In this document: positions 20,645 to 31,392 of the stretch, piece by piece | Layout of the letters: every line of letters begins with the position of its first letter | How positions within the stretch are numbered: position 1 is the first letter of the stretch | Made by a program: the position numbers and the translations under genes | Notes under the pieces: model-generated | The model's database searches: none | Told to the model about the DNA's origin: nothing | The model's input: the letters and a program-made list of their open reading frames with translations, nothing else | Assembly (NCBI GenBank): GCA_965218975.1 | Contig: OZ244717.1 | Location: 288,001 to 352,000, forward strand | Direction: 5' to 3' | Length of the DNA: 64,000 nucleotides | Source: Candidatus Oxydemutatoraceae bacterium | GTDB taxonomy: Bacteria > Pseudomonadota > Gammaproteobacteria > Poriferisulfidales > Oxydemutatoraceae

Positions 20645-21576
20645 TATGGTTTTGAATAGCGGTTTAGCAAGGGAGTGAGCATGTTCATTATTAGTACTGC
20701 AAATGCCAGACCGTCGATCGCGTTGCCGTAAGAGCGGAAAATAAGTAATAAAAATCCGACTCCCGCGCCAAAAATTATCATTGCGGATTTTGCTTTGGGC
20801 GCAGTTACCGGATCGGTGATGATGAAAAAAGCTCCGATCATAGTGGCGCCGTTTAACCAGTGAAAGATTGGTGTCGGATAATCGGTATCAACTAAATGCA
20901 ATAGCATAGAGCCGGCCCCGAGCGCAAAAAGAAATCCGACCGGCAAATACCATTGAATGATGCGTTGTTGCAATAACCATATACCACCGAGTAAAAAAGC
21001 GAGGTTGGGGAAAAGCCATTGCGATTTCGTCGTATCGGCGGTGATGGCAAGCTGAAATCGTGCGGCGCTAAGCGGGGTTGCACCGCTAATCACATCGGGG
21101 TGTCGCTCGCCGACTATGCAGCGTAGTGTAGCGGGCCAGTCAAACCGCATTGCCGGGTCTATGTTTTGCCAGTTGGCAATAAATAATGGAAAAGCGACAA
21201 TTACGATAGCATAACCGACCATCGCAGGATTAAAAATATTGTTGCCCAGCCCGCCATATAACTGCTTACCAATAATGATAGCGCCACCGGAAGCAATCGC
21301 TATCGTCCACCACGGAACACAGGGCGGCACTGCCAATGCAATCAGCCAAGCAGTGAGCAATGCGCTGTTGTCGCAAACGAACGGTCGGACAGCAGAATGG
21401 CGCAAACGCAGTAGCAAAGCTTCGCCGACGATTGCGATCGTTGCGGCAATGATCAGATTGACAACAACACCTAGTCCGAATTGCCAGACGAGTACTGCGG
21501 TTGCAGGCAGTAACGCGTAACAGACCTTTCGCATTAACACCGCGACAGTGAGATTTTGGTGTAGCGGCGCAAACAT
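20644..21576 (-). CDS. rnfD: Rnf/Rsx complex subunit D
   Basis: KQLYGGLGNNIFNPAM, SGATPL (FMN Thr), FFIITDPVT. Confidence 0.93.
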   Translation of the reverse strand: MFAPLHQNLTVAVLMRKVCYALLPATAVLVWQFGLGVVVNLIIAATIAIVGEALLLRLRHSAVRPFVCDNSALLTAWLIALAVPPCVPWWTIAIASGGAIIIGKQLYGGLGNNIFNPAMVGYAIVIVAFPLFIANWQNIDPAMRFDWPATLRCIVGERHPDVISGATPLSAARFQLAITADTTKSQWLFPNLAFLLGGIWLLQQRIIQWYLPVGFLFALGAGSMLLHLVDTDYPTPIFHWLNGATMIGAFFIITDPVTAPKAKSAMIIFGAGVGFLLLIFRSYGNAIDGLAFAVLIMNMLTPLLNRYSKP

Positions 21577-21583
21577 TGCAGGC

Positions 21584-22489
21584 TCAGCAGCGATCGGATC
21601 GGTATAATTGCATTTTCAAAGAGTTGCGCTGCTTGTTCCAGAACTCCTGCTGCTTTGTTTCTTGATCTTTCTGACGCTTTTGTTTGTTTTCATAACGCTC
21701 CCGATTGTACCGAGCTTGTTTTCTGGCGTTGTGTTGATAATTATGTAAGCGTTTCCCGAATTGATAATAACCGAGTAAGGGAATATGGCTTGGACAACTG
21801 GCCTCGCACAAACCACATTCAATACACTGGGTGACGAGCTCAAGGGAATCGGTATCGCATTGATTGCCTTGTTTAATTTTGTGATAAAGGGTTTGTGCGG
21901 GTAACCGCACCGGGCAAACCGTGCTGCAACGGTTGCACCGGATACAGGGAAGTGCGGTGGTATCGGATGTTATTTGTAATATCGGCACGGGGGGATGTGT
22001 CGGCACCGGAACCATTTGAATGCAATCAACCGGACAAGGTGCGACACACAGTTCGCAACCTGTACAATCAGCATTGATTACGGTATGCATATAATCAGGC
22101 GCGCCAATGATCGCATCCACCGGACATGCCGGTAAACAGAGTGCACATCCGATACACTTCGCTTCATTGATTACCGCAAGCTGTGCGGGTTTTTCAGTAC
22201 CGAATCGCGAATCCGGCGGCGTAACCGGATTATTGAGCAACTTGGCAAGCGATGTAATGACTATTGTGCCGCCGGGAGGGCATTGGTTGATTTCGGCCTC
22301 GCCTTTAACGATTGCTTGAGCGTATGGCCGGCAACCGGCATACCCGCATTGGCCGCACTGCATTCCCGGTAAAGCAAGGTTTATCCGATCAACCAAACTA
22401 TCGCGATCGGAATCAAGTCGTTGAGCGATAAAACTCAATCCGAGACCGATAATCAAAATCAGTCCGATAATGATACTAAAGCCAAGCAT
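21584..22489 (-). CDS. rnfB: RnfB fused to the RnfC C-terminal 2x[4Fe-4S] and coiled-coil region
   Basis: LPGMQCGQCGYAGCRPYA, CPPGG and two ferredoxin motifs (RnfB), followed by CIRCNRCSTVCP...CIECGLCEASCPSHIPL and a charged helix typical of RnfC. Confidence 0.88.
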   Translation of the reverse strand: MLGFSIIIGLILIIGLGLSFIAQRLDSDRDSLVDRINLALPGMQCGQCGYAGCRPYAQAIVKGEAEINQCPPGGTIVITSLAKLLNNPVTPPDSRFGTEKPAQLAVINEAKCIGCALCLPACPVDAIIGAPDYMHTVINADCTGCELCVAPCPVDCIQMVPVPTHPPVPILQITSDTTALPCIRCNRCSTVCPVRLPAQTLYHKIKQGNQCDTDSLELVTQCIECGLCEASCPSHIPLLGYYQFGKRLHNYQHNARKQARYNRERYENKQKRQKDQETKQQEFWNKQRNSLKMQLYRSDRC

Positions 22490-22492
22490 CTG

Positions 22493-23074
22493 TTAGCGGG
22501 CAGCAAGCCCTTCAAATCCGATGAAAGCAAGCGACATAATGCCGGCGGTGATCATCGCAATTCCAGTGCCACGCAAAGGCACGGGTACCGCAGAATCTTC
22601 CAGTGTATGGCGTAGCTCGGAAAAAACAACCAATACAAAAGCGAAACCGATTGCGCTGCCTAAACCGGTTAAAAGCGCTTCGATAAAATTTTCAGCTTGT
22701 TCGATATTGATCAATGCGACACCTAAGACTGCACAGTTGGTAGTAATCAGCGGAAGAAAAATCCCCAGCATACTATGTAACAAAGGATTGGTTGCGCGCA
22801 AAATAATTTCGGTGAGTTGAACAAAGGATGCAATAACAACAATGAAAGTCAGCGCTTTCAAATAGGTAAGTTCAAAAGGGATTAACAAGTAACGGTGCAA
22901 TAAATAGCTGATTCCTGCGCTGGCGGTTAGTACAAACATTGTCGCCAAAGCCATGCCTGCCGCAGTTTCAATCCTTTGTGACGTGCCGAAGAAAGGACAT
23001 AAACCCAAAAACTTTGTTAACACAAGATTGTTGATGAGAGCGGTGCCAATTAGGATGAGCAGATAATCAGACAT
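22493..23074 (-). CDS. rnfA: Rnf/Rsx complex subunit A
   Basis: KFLGLCPFFG, FLPLITTNCAVLG; start MSDYLLIL at 23074 preferred. Confidence 0.94.
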   Translation of the reverse strand: MSDYLLILIGTALINNLVLTKFLGLCPFFGTSQRIETAAGMALATMFVLTASAGISYLLHRYLLIPFELTYLKALTFIVVIASFVQLTEIILRATNPLLHSMLGIFLPLITTNCAVLGVALINIEQAENFIEALLTGLGSAIGFAFVLVVFSELRHTLEDSAVPVPLRGTGIAMITAGIMSLAFIGFEGLAAR

Positions 23075-23275
23075 GTTACAAACGGAAAAATTGTTTATTT
23101 GCTTATTATACAGACGCTCGGTATTCATTTACTCTTGAGCAATCGAAGAAGTATTTCTTAATCTCGCCTAATTCCACAATATTATATATCTTATATAAAG
23201 ATAATATTTATAATTACATATATTAAAAATACATAAACATGGATTTTTAATAAAAACTGAAAAAGGAGGCCGAAT

Positions 23276-24086
23276 ATGCGGCAGATCATTTCCACAGCAT
23301 TAATTTCATGTATGTTTTTTACCGGTGCGACTACTGCACAGACAGAGACATTTGATGAGGAAAACTTCAGCGCCACCGTATGGTTTACGAGTGATTATGT
23401 TTTCCGCGGCGCTTCGCTATCCGACGAAGACGCGGCAGTTCAAGCGAGTCTGGATTGGACCTATCACAATTTTTATGCGGGTATTTAGGGAACAAATCCG
23501 GATTTGACCGGGTTCGACGAAAACGGCGCTGAAAACGGAACTTCCAGCATTGAATATGACTTGTATGTCGGCTATGCCGATTCGCTAGGTCCGATTGATT
23601 ATGACTTTTCTTTGGTTTACTACTGGTTCCCGAATGATAACGGCAACTTGGAAGCGGATGTCTTAGAGTTCTGGGTGGGGCTGAGTCATACATTTGCGGA
23701 AGTGAAACTATCTCCGACGATCGGTCTATTAACTGTCTATTCACCTGATGCGACACTTGAAGATGGCGATTATATTTATGTTAAAAGCTCGCTGGAATTA
23801 GTATTAACAGAGACAATCGGATTTGATTTTGCCGCTGGGGTTGTCGATGTAAAAGGTGACAAAGCTACGGATGAAGGTGGTGCGTTTTGTAATTCCGCTG
23901 CGGATTTGCTGTGCGATGGTTATGGTTATACGCACTGGGAATTAGGTTTGACCAAAACGGCAAAAGGTTTTGATTTCGACCTGGCGTTACCACGATACCA
24001 ATCAACAAGCGAGTTATACGGCATTTTGGAGAGGTGATGACCCCATAAGCGACCGTGTTGTTTTTACCGTTTCACGTAGTTTCTGA
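23276..24086 (+). pseudogene. TorF/TIGR02001-like outer-membrane porin, disrupted
   Basis: Signal peptide and TSDYVFRGAS; in-frame TAG at 23486-23488 where GIWG is expected; one extra base near 23984. Removing it gives DLRYHDT...VVFTVSRSF* with a terminal Phe. Confidence 0.8.
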
Positions 24087-24095
24087 TGCGAGCAA

Positions 24096-26120
24096 TTATT
24101 TAATTGTCATGCCGGCGACGGCACCTGCGTCAGGTTTTAGCAGGAATATTTTGTCCTTGCCTGCGGCAAGGATCATTCCTTCCGATATGCCAAACCGCAT
24201 CTTTTTCGGTTTCAGATTGGCAACCAACACGACCTGCCGTCCGGTAAGCTGTTCGGGAGTATATGAAGATTTAATGCCAGCCAATACGCTACGGGTCGTA
24301 TCGCCGTCGTTTAATTTTAAGCGCAAGAGTTTATCCGCACCGTCAACCGGTTCCGCTGTTAGAATAGTTGCGACTCGTAGATCTAGTTTGGCAAAATCGG
24401 CATAATCAATCATCGGTTTTTTCTCCTGCGCTATTTTAAGCGCGTCGGATTCGGATTTTGGTACTGTGGTTAACTTTCGAACGACAGTTTCCTCAATACG
24501 TTGCATCAATGGCATAAACGGTTTAATCCGATGACGAGTGGTTTGCGGTCGAAATAACGGCGCGTCCCAGCGGTTCAGCTTCAGATTTAAGAATTGCTCA
24601 ACTTTTTCACTGGTACGTGGCAAGACCGGGGCGAGTAATCGGATGATGTAAGCGAATAGGACCAATCCCACGCTACATACTTCGTTCAGGTGATTGTGTT
24701 GTGTTTCTTCTTTGGCAATTCGCCACGGCTTTTCTTGATCGATATACTGATTCGCCATATCCGCAATCTGCATAATCTTGCGCATTGCGCAGGCATACCG
24801 ACGTGTTTCATACGCATCGGCAATGCTGGGCGTGATATCAATTACGGCTTGAACAGCCGGATGTTTGGTAACGGCCTCGTCGCATCTCATTTCACCGCCA
24901 AAATACTTATCAATAAAACCGGCGCAACGACCGGCAATGTTGATAACTTTGCCGACCAGATTGCTATTGATGCGCAGGATGAAGTCATGCAAATTCAAAT
25001 CGATATCTTCGATTCCGTCCGTTAACTTAGCGGCAAAGTAGTAGCGCAAATATTCGGCATTGAGGTTTTCCAAATAGTTACGTGCGGTAATAAAAGTACC
25101 GCGCGATTTAGACATCTTTTCTTTATTGATAGTAACAAATCCGTGGCAATAGACTCCGGTCGGCTTTCTAAAACCCGCACCCTCCAGAATCGCCGGCCAA
25201 AACAGCATGTGGAAATAAGCGATGTCCTTGCCTATAAAGTGATACAGTTCGGTGGCACTGTCTTTTTTCCAGTAGGAATCGAAGTTCAGCCCAATACGCT
25301 TGCACAATTGTTTGAAACTCGCCATATAGCCGATCGGAGCATCCAACCAGACATAGAAATATTTTTTCGGATGATCGGGAATTTTAAAGCCGAAGTAAGG
25401 CGCATCGCGCGATATGTCCCAGTCAAGCAGCTTGTTTTCAAACCATTCATTCAGTTTGTTGCGTATTTCCGGTTGGACTTGTTCGTTGGCGAGCCATTGT
25501 TTCAAAGCCGACTCAAATTTCGATAATGAAAAAAAATAATGCTCGGATTCGCGGGTGCTAGGTGGTTCCCCGGAAAGTACCGATACTGCATTATTCAGCT
25601 CGGTCGGGGTATATGTCGCGCCGCAACATTCGCAACAATCACCGTATTGATCGGGTGCGTGACAGCGAGGGCAGTCGCCTTTGATGAAACGATCGGGTAA
25701 AAACATTTCGGCTTTGTTATCGTATGCTTGAGTAATATTGCGGGTGAATATGAGGTCGGCCGCTTTTAGTTTTTCGTAGATTTCTTTGGCAAAAGCGTAG
25801 TTTTCTTCGGAATGTGTCGAATGATAATTATCAAAGCTGATTAGGAAATCAGAAAAGTCTTTTGTGTGGCTTCGTTTGACTTTCTCAATGAGCTGTTCGG
25901 CCGTTATATTCAGTTCACGCGCTTTTAGCATAATCGGAGTGCCGTGCGCATCGTCGGCGCAAACATAGTAGCAAGTATGTCCTAGCAGTCGTTGAAAGCG
26001 TACCCAGATATCGGTTTGGATATATTCCAGCAAATGCCCTAAGTGAATCGGGCCGTTAGCGTAAGGCAGTGCGCTCGTAACAAGAATTTCGCGTTTCACT
26101 TGTTTTGCCGGAAGTACCAA
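24096..26120 (-). CDS. metG: methionyl-tRNA synthetase
   Basis: [13 protein letters not shown], Zn knuckle, KMSKS, C-terminal tRNA-binding domain. Confidence 0.98.
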   Translation of the reverse strand: MVLPAKQVKREILVTSALPYANGPIHLGHLLEYIQTDIWVRFQRLLGHTCYYVCADDAHGTPIMLKARELNITAEQLIEKVKRSHTKDFSDFLISFDNYHSTHSEENYAFAKEIYEKLKAADLIFTRNITQAYDNKAEMFLPDRFIKGDCPRCHAPDQYGDCCECCGATYTPTELNNAVSVLSGEPPSTRESEHYFFSLSKFESALKQWLANEQVQPEIRNKLNEWFENKLLDWDISRDAPYFGFKIPDHPKKYFYVWLDAPIGYMASFKQLCKRIGLNFDSYWKKDSATELYHFIGKDIAYFHMLFWPAILEGAGFRKPTGVYCHGFVTINKEKMSKSRGTFITARNYLENLNAEYLRYYFAAKLTDGIEDIDLNLHDFILRINSNLVGKVINIAGRCAGFIDKYFGGEMRCDEAVTKHPAVQAVIDITPSIADAYETRRYACAMRKIMQIADMANQYIDQEKPWRIAKEETQHNHLNEVCSVGLVLFAYIIRLLAPVLPRTSEKVEQFLNLKLNRWDAPLFRPQTTRHRIKPFMPLMQRIEETVVRKLTTVPKSESDALKIAQEKKPMIDYADFAKLDLRVATILTAEPVDGADKLLRLKLNDGDTTRSVLAGIKSSYTPEQLTGRQVVLVANLKPKKMRFGISEGMILAAGKDKIFLLKPDAGAVAGMTIK

Positions 26121-26167
26121 AATATCATGGATAGTGAACTGCCATTATATATTTATGGGACGGTAAT

Positions 26168-27307
26168 ATGCTTAAAACTATGAATAAGCTTCCGGAAAAG
26201 GCGCGGCAACGTTTGGATTTCTTGTTCCATACATTGCGAGAAAATGAAGCCTCCCAAGTCGGTTATCCCTGTAATCAGACGTTTGTATATAAGGATCTGA
26301 TGAGATTTTTTGAATATTGTCTGAATAATGTGGGAGATCCTTTTCATAACAGTAACTACTGGAGCAATACGCATGAAATTGAATGCGAAGTGATTTATGA
26401 GTTTGCTCGGTTAATGCATTCGGAAGAAAAGGAATGTTGGGGTTATGTGACATCCGGGGGCACTGAAGGCAATATGTATGGCCTATATCTGGCACGTGAG
26501 TTACATCCGAACGGGTTAGTTTATTTTTCCGAAGATACTCATTATAGCGTCCTGAAAAATATGCATGTGTTGAATACTCGAAATATCATGATAAAGAGTC
26601 AGGGGAATGGTGAAATAGATTACGAAGACCTATATGAGACTGTACGGATTCATCGTGATGTGCCGGCCATTGTATTGGCAAATATCGGCACGACCATGAA
26701 AGGAGCGATTGATGATGTGGCTAAAGTGCGGAGTATCTTTGCGGATTTAGCGGTGACCAATTTTTATATTCATGCCGATGCGGCGTTGTACGGGATGATT
26801 TTGCCTTTTATTGACAACCCGCCGCCGTACGGTTTTGATGCCGGTTATGATAGTGTTTCAATTAGCGGGCACAAATTGATTGGTGCGCCGTTTCCCTGCG
26901 GCATCGTGCTGGCGAAGCAAGATTATGTCATGCGTGTTGCCCGCGCCATCGAATATGTCGGTGTGTTGGACACGACCCTATCAGGTTCGCGCAATGGGGT
27001 AGCGCCGCTAATGCTTTGGTACGCGTTGCAGAATTATGGCAGATCAGGGTTTCAAAAAACGGTTCATGAGATGTTGGCAAATGCAGAATATGCGGTCAAT
27101 CGTTTCAATGAGCACGGTGTGCCGGCTTGGCGCAATCCTAATTCTCCGATTGCCGTCTTTCCGAGACCTGATGAAGAAATGTTGCAAAAATGGCAGATAG
27201 CCGTATATAAGGACATCGGACATTTAATTACGATGCCGCATGTGACATGCGAGATCATTGATCGCGTCGTCGGCGATTATGTGGCGGGAGAAAATAGCCG
27301 GAAATGA
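26168..27307 (+). CDS. hdc: PLP-dependent group II decarboxylase, histidine decarboxylase-like
   Basis: GYVTSGGTEGNMYGLY, HADAAL, SISGHK (PLP Lys), GSRNG. Confidence 0.82.
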   Translation: MLKTMNKLPEKARQRLDFLFHTLRENEASQVGYPCNQTFVYKDLMRFFEYCLNNVGDPFHNSNYWSNTHEIECEVIYEFARLMHSEEKECWGYVTSGGTEGNMYGLYLARELHPNGLVYFSEDTHYSVLKNMHVLNTRNIMIKSQGNGEIDYEDLYETVRIHRDVPAIVLANIGTTMKGAIDDVAKVRSIFADLAVTNFYIHADAALYGMILPFIDNPPPYGFDAGYDSVSISGHKLIGAPFPCGIVLAKQDYVMRVARAIEYVGVLDTTLSGSRNGVAPLMLWYALQNYGRSGFQKTVHEMLANAEYAVNRFNEHGVPAWRNPNSPIAVFPRPDEEMLQKWQIAVYKDIGHLITMPHVTCEIIDRVVGDYVAGENSRK

Positions 27308-27696
27308 AGCGAATTACTATCATAGCGGATAACCGGGCGGGCATGCTTGCCGACATTAGCAGTGTGTTGGCAGATAACGATATTAATATTGATGGGCTGG
27401 ATGCCGAATCGGCGGATGAATACGGTGTGATTCATTTGGCGACCGACTACTGCGATCAGGCGCTACAAGTGTTAAAGACTGCCGGATTTCAAGCAGTAAC
27501 GGATGATACATTGGTTATCCGGCTTAAAGACGAGCCCGGCGCTTTGGCAAAGGTTGCCAAACGTTTCAAGCTCAGTAGAGTCAACATCCGCAGTATCCAC
27601 ATTATCCGGCGCGACAAGGGCTACTCCACCGTGGTCTTGACGGTAGATGAGCGCGAGCAAGCTCAAGAGTTACTTGAAGATGTACTAATTACTTAA
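27304..27696 (+). CDS. tandem ACT-domain protein
   Basis: DNRAGMLA...INI and DEPGALA...VNI repeats; ATGA overlap with the decarboxylase. Confidence 0.85.
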   Translation: MKRITIIADNRAGMLADISSVLADNDINIDGLDAESADEYGVIHLATDYCDQALQVLKTAGFQAVTDDTLVIRLKDEPGALAKVAKRFKLSRVNIRSIHIIRRDKGYSTVVLTVDEREQAQELLEDVLIT

Positions 27697-27737
27697 TCAA
27701 GTGTCGGTGCGCGAGCCAAAATGGCGGTGACGTGTGG

Positions 27738-27879
27738 TGTATAGTGCCGGATACATGCTAATATAAATGCCTAACTGGTAAAAGGAACTGATTGCGCTGA
27801 TATTGCGTGCCGGTCCCATTTTTATTGATATCCAAGAATCCGGTATGGTTTTTGGATATACACATTTTGGATATACACA
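27738..27879. mobile_element. internally deleted IS481-family remnant (MITE-like)
   Basis: Begins TGTATAGTGCCGGATACAT (compare TGTATAATGCCGGATACAT at 30786). 27795-27864 resembles the IS end at about 38723-38792. The terminal 15-mer TTTTGGATATACACA is tandemly duplicated. Confidence 0.7.
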
Positions 27880-28000
27880 TCAGTAACATATATAATCCGC
27901 CCGCATATCGGTTTGATTATTTTTCTATCTCTATGAGTTCCTGTATTGCGTCCATGTCTTACTACCGGGTACCAGATGCCGACTAGTAGCAGAACCGGGC

Positions 28001-29368
28001 GTGCCCGTAAGGCAGCATAGCGTGTTTTCTGTTCGCCGCGCAATCCACTACCTCGGCATCGCCGTCCTGCTGCTGTTCGGGTTTTATCTGCTGCACTATC
28101 TGGGTAACCAACTGCCGCAGCAGCGCGCTTTTGAGGTGGTGCGAGAGGCGTTTGAGACACATAACCTGAAGCCTAAGGCTGTTATGCCCGAGCACTCGAA
28201 GTCAATCCGAAGCCTGATCGGCATAAACCTGTTTGCGGATTGCGAGATGCTCAACAGTATGATTGCCGCGCCTTCCGGACGCATTGAGGATGCGATCGTT
28301 CCCAAGCGCTTGTTTGCGAAGCGCGGACATGAGAGAGGCGGCCCCTGCGGGGAGTTGCATCGCATCGTCATGCAGGAACAAAAACACTATACCTGGCACA
28401 TGAAGTCGCGCTACCGGCACGGCGCCAAGGCGCTTATCGCAATCGCGTTGCGCTGGCAGGCGTTGGACCTGTTTCAGATCAATGCCGGCATCAAAGCTCT
28501 GACGTACTTCGCGTATCTGTTGCTTGCACTGGTTGCTCTGGCGCACTCGACCCGCCTATTGCTGATATTGAGCCCGTTGATCTTCCTGGGCTTTTTCTTT
28601 TCGGGTATTCCGTACTACGGAGGATTTGCCCGTTCGCTGCCCTACCTGTTTGCGCTCGCAGCCTTGATCGCATTGGTACTACTGCTGCGCGCCCAAGCCC
28701 GCCCGCACACCGTGAGGCTGTTTTTCTTTGCTACGGGCATGGTCTCGGCTTATCTGTTTTTGTTGTCGGGGCATCTGCTGTTGCTGTTGCCGGCGGCGGT
28801 AGTGATCTTGTACTTCGGGCGCACAGGCGTTCCTGAGCTCCGCCGCCGGCTGATTGATGTCGCCTGCTGCATGGGGTCGTTTGCAGCCGGATTTGTCTGT
28901 TCCTACGGTGCCGACCAGCTTGCCAAAGCCTACTATCTCGGTATGCACATGCTGTATCGCGCCGGTGATCAGCTGGCCTGGCGCATGAGCGACGGTCGGT
29001 CGGATGGTGTGTTACATACGCTGAATGTACTATTTCAGCACGCTTATCAAACCGTCGGCCTGATGGGCAACGAAACCCTGTACGCCCTGATCGTGTTCGC
29101 CTCATCCGCAGCGCTGATTACGGCGGTCATCGTCGGCACGCTCAGAGCGTATGGCGCAAAAAGCATCGCGGCCGCGGCCGGCGTCATCGTGATACTGGCG
29201 GCAATAGCAATGGTGCTTGTGCGTCTGGGTCTGTTCCCGCAGCATAGTATGCAGCACAATCTTCTCATCGGACGCTACATGTTCGTGCCGATCGCATTGG
29301 CATGGTCGGCGCTGATCGTCGCGCTGTGCGAAACGGACCGGTACCGGTTGCGAATACGTGGCGGTTGA
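28001..29368 (+). CDS. polytopic membrane protein, putative GT-C/GtrC-like glycosyltransferase
   Basis: N-terminal TM, a large loop, then many hydrophobic helices; overlaps the GT2 gene. Function inferred from context only. Confidence 0.55.
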   Translation: MPVRQHSVFSVRRAIHYLGIAVLLLFGFYLLHYLGNQLPQQRAFEVVREAFETHNLKPKAVMPEHSKSIRSLIGINLFADCEMLNSMIAAPSGRIEDAIVPKRLFAKRGHERGGPCGELHRIVMQEQKHYTWHMKSRYRHGAKALIAIALRWQALDLFQINAGIKALTYFAYLLLALVALAHSTRLLLILSPLIFLGFFFSGIPYYGGFARSLPYLFALAALIALVLLLRAQARPHTVRLFFFATGMVSAYLFLLSGHLLLLLPAAVVILYFGRTGVPELRRRLIDVACCMGSFAAGFVCSYGADQLAKAYYLGMHMLYRAGDQLAWRMSDGRSDGVLHTLNVLFQHAYQTVGLMGNETLYALIVFASSAALITAVIVGTLRAYGAKSIAAAAGVIVILAAIAMVLVRLGLFPQHSMQHNLLIGRYMFVPIALAWSALIVALCETDRYRLRIRGG

Positions 29369-30323
29369 AGAACACAGCATAATATCCCAGCCAACCCCGC
29401 AGAACGGGACACACCTTCCCTACGACTCACTGCTGGTTATCATTCCGGCTTTTAACGAGGAGAAATCTGTCCCGCAGGTGGTGGCACGGGTTCGCCGGTG
29501 TGCCGGACGATTGTCTGGGCTCGGTCTTCGTCTTCAAGTCTGCGTGATTAACGACGGCTCTACCGACAACACCGGGGCGGTAGCCAGACAGGCAGGAGCC
29601 GATCACATCCTCACCCACAAGCTTAACCGGGGTTTGGGGGCAGCAGTGCGCAGCGGCCTGATCTACGGGCGCAATCACGGATTTAGCATAGTCGTCAAGC
29701 TGGATGCCGATGCTCAGCATGATCCGTCGGACATACCTGCGCTGATTACCCCAATCCTCAATGATCAGGCCGATGTCGTCTACGGCAACCGATTCCCGCA
29801 GCTGAATTACCGGATGCCTTTTATTCGACGTGTGGGAAATACAGCCTTCCGATTGCTTATGCGATGGTTGACGTCTTGGGACATTGAGGATTCGCAACCA
29901 GGAATTTTTGCTGTAAGCGATGCCTATCTGAAGGTTTTTTTCATCCCGGGCGACTACAACTATACTCAACAAATCCTACTTGACTCCTACCACAAAGGAA
30001 TGCGGTTTGACCAAGTTCCGGTTGGCTTCAAACAAAGACGGGCCGGCAGCTCATTCATTTCACTCAGGTATCCATTAGTAACATTACCGCAGATACTGCT
30101 GTTGTTACTGCTGATTAAGCCTCTGAGAATTTTTCTGCCGGTTGCAGCGTTTTTCATTATCGCTGCCATCACTTTGTTTGGCGTTGAATTCGCCATGTGG
30201 TTATCGGGCAACGCAGAGAAACCGGTTGAGCATGTTAACTTAGTGCTGGGACTGGCAGTTTTTGGCCTGAATACCGGTTACTTCGGGTTGCTGGCCGAGG
30301 TGATTGTGCGCCGCAAGCCATAA
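29358..30323 (+). CDS. GT2 polyprenol-phosphate glycosyltransferase (GtrB/DPM1-like)
   Basis: IIPAFNEE, INDGSTD, LDADAQHDP, two C-terminal TM helices. Confidence 0.9.
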   Translation: MAVEEHSIISQPTPQNGTHLPYDSLLVIIPAFNEEKSVPQVVARVRRCAGRLSGLGLRLQVCVINDGSTDNTGAVARQAGADHILTHKLNRGLGAAVRSGLIYGRNHGFSIVVKLDADAQHDPSDIPALITPILNDQADVVYGNRFPQLNYRMPFIRRVGNTAFRLLMRWLTSWDIEDSQPGIFAVSDAYLKVFFIPGDYNYTQQILLDSYHKGMRFDQVPVGFKQRRAGSSFISLRYPLVTLPQILLLLLLIKPLRIFLPVAAFFIIAAITLFGVEFAMWLSGNAEKPVEHVNLVLGLAVFGLNTGYFGLLAEVIVRRKP

Positions 30324-30326
30324 TCA

Positions 30327-30695
30327 ATGCTTGACCAGGTCGGGCGTTACGTTCTCACCGGAATAGCCGGACTTGCGGTAAGCCTCGGAGTAACGGCACT
30401 GATGCACGAGGTTGCGGGTTTTTCCGTCGGAGCATCATTTGCTGCCGCCCTGGTTGTAGTTTTTATATTCCACTTTGTCGCAAACGTGCGTTTTGTGTTC
30501 CGCTCCGGCGCGGGCAGCCGTGCTTTTTTGCGCTATACAGGTTCTGCACTGGCATTTCGAGCGCTCGACTTCCTGTTGTTCAAGGGCATTATGGAATTGA
30601 CGTCACTCTACTATGTTGGAGTCGTGTTGGCCGTTAGTGTCTCTAATGCCGTCAAGTTTCTGGTCTATAAGTACTTAGTCTTTATCGGGCGTTAA
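30327..30695 (+). CDS. GtrA-family membrane protein
   Basis: 122 aa, four TM helices, RFVF and YKYLVF motifs; follows the GT2. Confidence 0.8.
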   Translation: MLDQVGRYVLTGIAGLAVSLGVTALMHEVAGFSVGASFAAALVVVFIFHFVANVRFVFRSGAGSRAFLRYTGSALAFRALDFLLFKGIMELTSLYYVGVVLAVSVSNAVKFLVYKYLVFIGR

Positions 30696-31062
30696 CACTT
30701 GAACGAGCCAATACATTCCGCGCCTTTATACGGTCGGCGTTCGTGCCGCTTCATGCGGCCGGAAACACTCGTCGCCAAACGTATTTGTATAATGCCGGAT
30801 ACATATGGAATTCACGGCACGACTCGAAAAGGTGACCGACATGCAATATCAGCACATCGACCACCGCATCAAAGGTTTCTATATGAGCCTGTTTAGCCTC
30901 AAAGATGGAGGCTCATGAGCGCTCTAAGCTTCAACGGAAATATGATGCCCTATTATTTTGGGAGGGTTGTAACTCCCGAACACATTCAAGGTCAGTCGCA
31001 GCACTTTTGTACCGCTGGCGCCGACGTTATCGTCGCACTGGGCTCAGCGCCTTGTATGACCG

Positions 31063-31181
31063 CGGCAAAGCGCCTGTCGTCCGTGACGAGATTTCGTTCT
31101 GCGAATGAACGCCAGCCTCCGACATCCTTGTCGGGTCGTTTGCCACTGAAAACCGATCGGTTTTCCGGGCGCGTCTCACCC
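31063..31181 (+). repeat. 98-bp modular element, copy A (partial leader + 1 unit)
   Basis: Diverged unit starting at 31082, ending GTCTCACCC|TG. Confidence 0.8.
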
Positions 31182-31392
31182 TGACGGACGGCGGGAGCGA
31201 GTTTCAAGGACAGTTTGCCCGGCTCATCCGGGAATCACCCGCGATTGAACAGTGGCTGACCTATCCCAAGTGTCCAAAAATGAACGCGCACATCAAGCGC
31301 TTCAACCGCACCGTCCAAGAAGATTGTATTGATCATGCAGAAGACCTGCTATTTACCGATACGGAAGCATTCAATGATCGGTTATGGAACCG

